DNA of 56,961 nucleotides, filler included, from Spironucleus salmonicida (Eukaryota): NCBI RefSeq assembly GCF_000497125.1. It is 4 parts of 4 records of this genome, joined end to end, with 100 filler letters (N's around TTAATTAATTAA, not from the genome) between each part and the next. Parts side by side here need not be neighbours in the genome. Positions count along the whole stretch, not along the records: positions 46,689 to 56,961 come from NW_027150735.1; 3 more parts are not named here. One strand, 5' to 3'. Shown piece by piece: positions 49,819 to 56,961 of this stretch (position 1 is its first letter; each line of letters starts with the position of its first letter). The notes under the pieces were generated by a model. It saw only the letters and a program-made list of their open reading frames with translations, ran no database searches and was not told where the DNA came from. The position numbers and the translations under genes were made by a program.

Positions 49819-50135
49819 GTGAGCTGGAGTGCTGGTGGGTTGAGTAAATACTCTACAACACTCCTGTGCGAGCTATGTTGCATGCACACCTTTTGCCAGC
49901 CAATGAAATGTACGTCCTGGGAGTCGGAAACTGAGCCAGCCGTTGCACGTCAACGCCCATCGAAGTCACCATACGTGATAACCGTCTGGTCCTGGCCATG
50001 CGCGTGCTGCTGGGGCCGTCGGGCGCGGAGTGAGGTTCAGCGGTTTCTGAGGGCAGTGCGATGCGCCCCCACTCCGGGCCGGACGCAATGGCGCCAGGGG
50101 ATCTATCCCGAGCCTCCGCTCCACCCCCATCCGAA

Positions 50136-50369
50136 ATGTACCAGAACGAGATCCGGAAGAACTCGTCCTCGCTGCTCATGCTCGGCTCGGCGGGGCTCAC
50201 GACCGAGGGGGGCATCGAGCAGAGGCGCGGGAAGCAGCAGGCCCAGGTCCGGCAGCGGGAGGACGGGCAGGCCGGGCGCGAGCAGCGGGAGAGGGCGCTG
50301 CTGGACTTCGCGGCGCTGCTGGACTCGGAGGAGTCGCTGGAGGTGTACGAGCGGCTGGCGCTGGAGTGA
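50136..50369 (+). CDS. Small hypothetical protein (77 aa)
   Basis: C-rich motif before the ATG, strong GC3 bias, stop in GAGTGA. Confidence 0.7.
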   Translation: MYQNEIRKNSSSLLMLGSAGLTTEGGIEQRRGKQQAQVRQREDGQAGREQRERALLDFAALLDSEESLEVYERLALE

Positions 50370-50449
50370 GCGGCGGCGCCCGGTGCCTGGTGGGGAGTAG
50401 GTGCCCCTCCGCCCAGTAAGTGCGCGCTGCCACTGGACATGCCAAAATG

Positions 50450-50521
50450 CGCGGTTACCGGGAATTGAACCCGGGTCTCGCACGTGACAAGCGCAAATAC
50501 TTACCACTATACTATAACCGC
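50450..50521 (-). tRNA. tRNA-Asp(GTC), second copy
   Basis: Reverse complement of 48804-48875. Confidence 0.96.
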
Positions 50522-50759
50522 ATGCCAAATGGCCCTTTGCCCAGGACCCGCCCGGTAATGTCCCACGCTCGCCCATGTAGGCCCGGCCGAACTTTGCCAG
50601 GTTTGGTGCGCGCATGCTTTCGTTGGGGGCTGATATGCGAGGAACCCTTGGCCTCATCGGTGCTACGAGACTAATCGCCAAGGAATGCTAGTCTAGGCCT
50701 CTTGCACCGGAACGACAGGCGGGCGACGCTTCCTGCTCAGCTGCATCCCACAACACGCA

Positions 50760-51104
50760 ATGAAAATTTTTGTGACAAGCAGCCACTGCGCGAGTGTAAG
50801 AGCGAGGCTTAGCGCGCTGAATGTGCTGGTGGCCCATGGCACAGTATGCCAGATGCACCATGGCCAGGAAGCGCTATCCCTAGAGTTTGGCGCCGGCATC
50901 GCGTAGCCCGTGCTGCAGCTGCTGGAAACCCTATACGTGATGGGCTTGGTTGACGAGGTGATCCCCAGGGGCCTAACGCTGGCCAAACAGCTGCAGGCGG
51001 TGCACCGCGGCATCCTGCCACTGCGGGACTGCAACTGCTTTTTTGCTGACGACACGGAGGGCGCACGCGGCTTGGAGCAGCAGCCTGAAAACCTGAGAAG
51101 CTGA
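50760..51104 (+). CDS. Hypothetical protein (114 aa)
   Basis: MKIFVTSSHCASVRARL...PENLRS*, read through one TAG. Confidence 0.5.
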
Positions 51105-51121
51105 CTTAGTAAGTTATTTGG

Positions 51122-51268
51122 TCACTGCGAACGCTCCGCGAACACCTTGAGCGCCTTGGGCTCCGCTATGTCGTCGTTGGTGATTTCCTAGATGGCGTCC
51201 TTTCGGTACCAGTACGGGAATCGTCCGCAGCAGACTGTTTGGGCATCCACCTAAGCCATGAAATCCAT
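51122..51268 (-). CDS. Micro-protein (48 aa)
   Basis: MDFMAQVDAQTVCCGRFPYWYRKDAIQEITNDDIAEPKALKVFAERSQ*. An AT tract and CCCACTCTC motif lie upstream; stop in CAGTGA. Confidence 0.55.
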
Positions 51269-51413
51269 TGTAGCCGTTAGTAGAGAGTGGGTATAAATAA
51301 ATAAAATAAAGTTAACGCCTGCTAGACACTATTCCAAGTCATGTCGCTGTGCACTGCCTCAGGGTCTCCCCTTTTGTGGAGGGCTTACTCTTGCATTCAT
51401 TAGAAATTAGTGA

Positions 51414-51935
51414 TCACTTTTCAACAACGTTGACTTCGAACTCCTTAGTAACATAGTCAACGGCGTCTTATTAGGAGATTCTGTGAGGGGCACCAACACG
51501 AGTTTAGTTGTGCTTCCTCTTGGAAACACGGAGTCCGGGTCTAGCGAGGACAACGTAGAAATCCATACCATAGATACCAACGGAAGGATCATACTTGAGA
51601 CCGAGATCGATATGCTCAGTGATACCAAAACCGAAGTTACCTTCAGGGGAGAAGCAAGCCTGGGGAAGTTCATAAGCCTTAACACGGAGAGCACGCTCGA
51701 GGATATCAAGAGCCTTATCACCACGAACAGTAACGTAAGCGGAGATCTTCTGTCCACGACGGATACCAAACTGTCTGACAGTAAGACGAGACTTACCGAA
51801 AGAAGGAGCCTGACCGGTGAGCTGAGTAAGAACCTTAGTGGCCTTAGTAAGTTAGTCGGTTTCACCACCGATACAGGTATGTACGATGAGTTTTTCGATT
51901 CTGATCTTTCTCATTACGTTTTCAGAGGTAGTCAT
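51414..51935 (-). CDS. RPL11: 60S ribosomal protein L11 (uL5)
   Basis: Motifs [23 protein letters not shown] and [32 protein letters not shown]; stop in AAGTGA. Confidence 0.97.
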
Positions 51936-52017
51936 GACAAAGGAATGGAAAATTATTTCTAATTTAAATTTATAATCATATTAATGCATAAAATAATATA
52001 TAAAAGCGTAAGGGAAA

Positions 52018-52257
52018 ATGAACATTTTACCAATTTGCTTAAGCCATGAAGGTTAATTTGATATTAATAAAATCTCGAATTAAGACGGTTCAGTGACTTT
52101 TAGAGGTCACAGAATGACTAAAATTGAGTCCAAATTACCTGAAAATTATTCTATTTTTTGCATGAAGAAACAGTCTAAAACTTTAAATGTTTACACTGAA
52201 GGTTAATAATTTCCTGATCTAATCGATTTAAAGAACTTATTCGATAAAATGATGTGA
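52018..52257 (+). CDS. Putative minimal ribonuclease H2 subunit C-like protein (79 aa)
   Basis: MNILPICLSHEGQFDI...VTFRGHRMTKIESKLPENYSIF resembles the LLPCxIxxxG...FRGRxLxG..xLPxGY pattern of RNase H2C. Confidence 0.55.
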
Positions 52258-52605
52258 TGTATTATTAAGATTATGATTATACTGCTGTATAATATAAGTT
52301 TTGCAAGTTATTTTTACTTACTATATGTATGATATACTAGTGTTAAGATAAATCAAATTAATCACATTGTTGAAATCAAATTTAATTTATACGATAATAA
52401 TAATAATAATAAAAGTTACATTAGATAATAATAATATGTTTATCCCTCCCTAATACGTATATTTGAAGTCGTATACGAATTATATAGATAAACCCAATAT
52501 ATTAAATACCATTCTATAATTTCTATTATTGTATAGTTAGGAAACCGATCTAATACGCATTATATTAACATATTTTCCCAGATTATATATTTAAATTAAT
52601 TTAAA

Positions 52606-53784
52606 ATGGCAGTCATCCCCTCTAGAGCCTGGTTCGTCATTATAGGCATGCTTTGCTTTGGAGCCACTTCCACACTATCAGCAAAGGGCATGCAATAGTT
52701 TACTATTGCCCCATGTGAAGGTTGTCCTCCCATCCAGTTCAACCACCCTTACGTGTAAACTCTGTTTATGTTCGGTGGATAATTTTTTAATTTAATTGTC
52801 CACTATATCATAGAGTTTATTAGAGTCCAAAGAAACGTTGCCAAGGAACCCCTCAAAGAAGGAAAATCATATTACAAGTTTTTTCCGCACGTATTTCTTT
52901 TCCTCATCCCAACCATGTGCGATACTGCAGGTTCTACTCTGTACAACGTTGGACTGTTTTATTCAGATCCATCTGTTTACTAAATTCTGAGAAACGTGAG
53001 AATAATTTTTGTCGCGATGTTCTCAGCAATGATTTGGCGAGACTTCCGTTAGAAATTCGATCTTCCACAAATACTCGGCTTGATAATATTATTTACAGGG
53101 GCGATGATAAGTACACTTTCGTCGGTTCTGTTTGATTCTACTCAAAGTCAGGCACTGAACCCATTACTGGGCAGTGCACTAACGATTATCGGTTGTATTT
53201 TTTCTGCAATGTTCGTGATCTCACAGGAAATTTTCTTGCGTAAAATTCAGTTAACATGCTTCCTGGGCGTTGGAAATGAGGGTGCATGGGGTATCTTGCT
53301 TTACGCCATATTATTGCCTATTTTCAACTCACAAATTAACCCATTTTCTTCTTCAAACGAAGTCTTTGACGACGTCAATGCCTGGGCGTTTTAGATACGG
53401 TAGTCTCCTTCCGAAATCGCAATCCTAATCGGCTACATGTTCGCCACGATGGGGCTGAACTATTGCGGCATGGAGGTCACAAGGAGGGTTTCTGCAGCAA
53501 CACGATCGACGTTCGACGCGTGCAGGACTATTTTAGTCTGGGCGATGTCTCTCGCCGTGGGCTGGGAGACGTGGGAAATACGCTCCACACTGACACGAAT
53601 TGGAGGCTTCGTTCTAGTCTGCGCAGGCGTGTTTTTATACAACAACCTGCTCAGGGCAGTTCCGTTTTTAAGGACGGAGAACAAACTGCTTTACGGCAAG
53701 AAAAAACCCACCAGCGTCAAATAAGTGGAAAATACCTCCGGATCGTAGGAACCGTCGAACGGCCTTATTGCCGTCACTGAATGA
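52606..53784 (+). CDS. SLC35F6-like (DMT/nucleotide-sugar) transporter (392 aa)
   Basis: Motifs FNHPYVQTLFMFGG, IPTMCDTAGSTL, SVYQILRN, VGNEGAWG and SAATRSTFDACRTILVW. Confidence 0.88.
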
Positions 53785-53810
53785 TATTTTGCGTGTGATT
53801 AAAATTCTGA

Positions 53811-54356
53811 TCACTTGAAAAATTGACGAATATACTAAATAGCCTAGTTCAATTTTGAATTCGATTTTTCGCTCCTCCATTCCATTCCAACCAGGACCTC
53901 TTTATCGACCTCAATTTCGAAATCGCAGCAGTTTTAAATGCCGTAAATGCTGCCGCTGACGTCCAGAATGCCATTTTCGCGCAGTTCCCCGCCAGCGAAC
54001 AGCTTGATTTTTGTCTTTCCGTGAAGAGGGAAAATCGTGACATTTTTGGGCGTTTTCGTCGTAAAACGCGTCTTCCCGCGCGGCGCGGGCGTGAACGCCG
54101 AGCTGTTTAGGACCAAAGTGACGTCGCTGCCGTGCAGCAGCGCCGTCTGGAACGACTTGAAAATTGAGACCAAATTAGGCGCTACGAAGAGGAGCTTCCG
54201 GTGGTCCGTTGGCGCGTTGTCGGGGTGCGCGGGAATCGCATTGTGGGTGAGATTCAGCGGCAGAGCGATTTTTTCATGATTGGAAAGGTAAAACTTTTCC
54301 ACTGGCGGGATAGTGGCGAACTGCACTGAGTCGAGGAGGCGCAGATCTACGGTCAT
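53811..54356 (-). CDS. Hypothetical protein (181 aa), weak thiamine pyrophosphokinase resemblance
   Basis: C-rich motif before ATG 54356, one TAA read as Gln, stop in AAGTGA. Confidence 0.75.
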
Positions 54357-54440
54357 TTTGGTGGAGTGAAATTGTATATAGTTAGTATATAATAATGATG
54401 AAAATAATGATGAAAATATACGATAATTATACAAAATTAT

Positions 54441-55427
54441 TCACGTTTCTGACTGGATAACGTGATTCTAAATCTTAACTACACACCCTTAAATTACGAT
54501 TTTAACGTCATTTTAAACCAATTTCTGCACGCTTACAACATTTTTGAAGAAAACTACGAAGCCGTTGTATCTAGGAGTGATTTCGCGAATTTCACCAAAA
54601 ATGCTAAAGGTTTCGAATATTTCGTTAATAGACGTGATTTTAGCTAAATTTGTTAAAACAACACTGTTTAAACTAGCTTACTAGGGTATCTGTTTCTTCT
54701 CAACTTATTATTATTTTTACTGCACATTCTATATAACATTATTAAGCTAAACAGCCCCAGCAATATTTATTTTTTATTTCTAATAAGAATGTTATTATAC
54801 ATTATGATCAATATATGTGTCTTTTTTAGTCGGGACCTAAACCTGGTTTGACTCTACGATTTTCTAATCATACCCTCTTGCAACGAGCTGGAAAACCTCA
54901 TTATCAGATACTTTACCATTTCTTGCGTCAGCTTCAGCAGTTTCTATAATATTAAGATAATTTCTTCCAATTCTCGACATTAAGAAGTTAGAAAAATCTA
55001 CTGGAAAAAGAAGAGAAAGCCCTAATTTAGCATCATTTTCACTTGGAAAAATACAATTAGCAGACTGTGTTCGAGACTTAGACATGAAAATATTAACAAA
55101 CGACGGTTAATACTTATGGTGTATTAAATACTCATTAGTATATATTTAAAGTTCGTCCTGTGAAACAAAAGCTGGAATTCTATTCAGCACAACAGTTTTT
55201 GAGGAATCCTTAGGAAGCTCTAAACGAAGCTCTTAGCCAAGTACCACTAATTTGAGAGTAGGAAACGCTTACACCAAACTAACGAAATCTTTAGCTTAGA
55301 AACCAATTTCAGCGTTATAATCAGATAAGATTTTAACAGACGTCAGTTGCACTGGCGCCAGTGCCGCCTTTATCTCCCCCACCGAGACGTTTTCAGGAAC
55401 GCGCTTAATGAATGCGACCATGGACAT
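54441..55427 (-). CDS. RRM-domain RNA-binding protein (328 aa)
   Basis: Three RRM-like starts: AFIKRVPENVSVGEIKAAL, VVLNRIPAFVSQDELQ and VVLTNLAKITSINEIFETFSIFGEIREI. Confidence 0.75.
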
Positions 55428-55491
55428 TTGATAAAGGAACGGAAAATATATATACATTATTATATATTAATAATCACATAATATTTTTAAA

Positions 55492-55695
55492 ATGAACGAC
55501 TTTAAAGCCCTCAAAGACGTGTTTTTCGCGGCTAAAGCCAGCAAGTCCGAATTCCAGAATGAGGTAAAATCGCAGGTAATCCAGTTTTTAACCTCCCCTT
55601 CCCTGGACCAAATTCATGCTCAAATTCTCACCTAAGCAGCCTCTGCCCTCAACGACTTCGCGCTGGAGTCCGCAAAAGCGCTCGGGCTGCTCTGA
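55492..55695 (+). CDS. Small hypothetical protein (67 aa)
   Basis: ATG follows a TTTTAAA context, divergent from the RRM gene. The stop is 2 nt from the convergent gene's stop. Confidence 0.55.
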
Positions 55696-55697
55696 GC

Positions 55698-56222
55698 TCA
55701 TTGGTGTATGACTTACGTAGTTTTTGTCTCTAGAGAGGTCTCTATTTTCCCATAAAAGTCGCCCTCCTGAATTCTCACGTTTGGCGGAATTTTTGCCACG
55801 AATATTCCCAAGTGCGTGCACGTGAAATGCGCCGAAAAGAGCACTTCATAGTAGTTAAATAGTGCAGCCGATTTGAAAATGAAGAGATACTTAAAAATCT
55901 ACGACTTGAGCTGATGAAGATTTACCGCGAAGAACGACTGGATTTCGATGATGCAAAAATGGGGTTTTTAGAGTGTTTAGAGTTTTTAGACGTTTTGGGA
56001 CAGTTTTAGCCGCGCCGCCTTCAGCTGGACGTAGCGGATGTGCTGCCTGCGCGTTTGCGTCACTCTGGCGATGTACTGCGTAAGCGCATTTTTCAGCGAA
56101 TAATTTGTCAAAATAAGCGTCGGGTACGGTAGCGTGAGGTGGTTGCGTAGCGGCTTGAGGCTGGTAGTTTTCTGGAACTAGAACCGGCTGCTCTCCAGCT
56201 CCAGCTCGTTTTGGTTTTCCAT
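55698..56222 (-). CDS. Hypothetical protein (174 aa)
   Basis: MENQNELELESSRF...TQVIHQ*, open with TAR=Gln. Confidence 0.65.
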
Positions 56223-56346
56223 TTTACTGAAAATAATTACTTATATTATAGTATAATATTAATAAAAATAAATTTTTAAAGTGGAGTGGTGCAAATAATT
56301 TTACATTAACATATTATTATATACTAATATACACTTTACATGACAA

Positions 56347-56748
56347 ATGCTCGACAACCCCACTGTCTCCGCGGAGTGGTTTCAGCTCCTTTTTAGCGTC
56401 TACGGGAACAGTGTAACCGGAATTGGGTTTGTAACCCCGAAATTGAGCGCGTTCTCACCGCTGCAGACGCCCGATATTCAAATCGGCACGGCATTTTCGC
56501 TTGCGCAGCTCAGGGTCCAGGCATCAATAAAGCTGGGCGGTAACACGTACTTCAAGGCCGACAACGGGCCTGAACACGTCAAGTTTTCCAATTTGCAGGT
56601 AGCAGATTTCCCGAAGCTGCTCGTTGTCGCAGACGCGAAATACCAGTTCGCGGTACTCGTCGGCGTGGGAAAAACGGGTAACGAGGACCGCGCGCTCCGC
56701 ATAGCGCTCCTCGTCCGGGACTTGATTCTGGAGGCCGCTGGCGCCTGA
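56347..56748 (+). CDS. Hypothetical protein (133 aa), possibly a divergent profilin-fold protein
   Basis: Complete ORF with an N-terminal Trp-containing helix, SIKLGGNTY, and a C-terminal amphipathic helix. Confidence 0.75.
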   Translation: MLDNPTVSAEWFQLLFSVYGNSVTGIGFVTPKLSAFSPLQTPDIQIGTAFSLAQLRVQASIKLGGNTYFKADNGPEHVKFSNLQVADFPKLLVVADAKYQFAVLVGVGKTGNEDRALRIALLVRDLILEAAGA

Positions 56749-56961
56749 CGATTAGGTCGAATGCGGCAGTTTCGCGGTTTCGCCCAATAATGCTCTCGGG
56801 CGTATAATAGTGATTTTAGTTTTTGAGCAAAATGGAGAAGATGAAGCGTTTTGGGCAGTTAGTCTGCACCAGAAAAATTCACTTACATGAGTATAGCAAG
56901 TATTAGCTGATTAATGCAGGCCTCGCTACCAGCTCTTGAAGTGGTTCACAGACGACCCTAT

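Noticed and set aside
56760-56961. Partial gene at the right window edge
   Set aside because: Several frames are open over this short stretch, so strand and frame cannot be fixed.

Overview
This window is a eukaryotic chromosome end, almost certainly from a hexamitid diplomonad (Spironucleus salmonicida-like; inference). It has a ~3.3 kb (TAGG)n telomere and compact, apparently intronless genes that only read through if TAA/TAG encode Gln. Many TGA stops sit inside an AGTGA motif, and C-rich motifs precede many start codons. The supplied ORF track uses the standard code, so it fragments or misses most genes; I re-translated by hand with TAR=Gln. Subtelomeric part: a ~1750 aa unknown gene, a ~344 bp satellite (9 copies), a decayed Polinton/virophage-like cassette (A32-type packaging ATPase pseudogene plus a putative minor capsid gene), and a bacterial-type C_GCAxxG_C_C protein. 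GC-rich block: two inverted aldose 1-epimerase copies, a sugar porter, HSP90 and a PQ-loop transporter. AT-rich remainder: a SNARE, TRM8, an ankyrin protein, a giant tail-anchored protein with ~200 decapeptide repeats, an MFS transporter, PBDC1, RPS14, two inverted tRNA-Asp, RPL11, an SLC35F6-like transporter, an RRM protein, and divergent RNase H2C-like and profilin-like candidates. Three scaffold gaps carry an artificial TTAATTAATTAA spacer. Family assignments come from motif recognition by eye; no searches were run.
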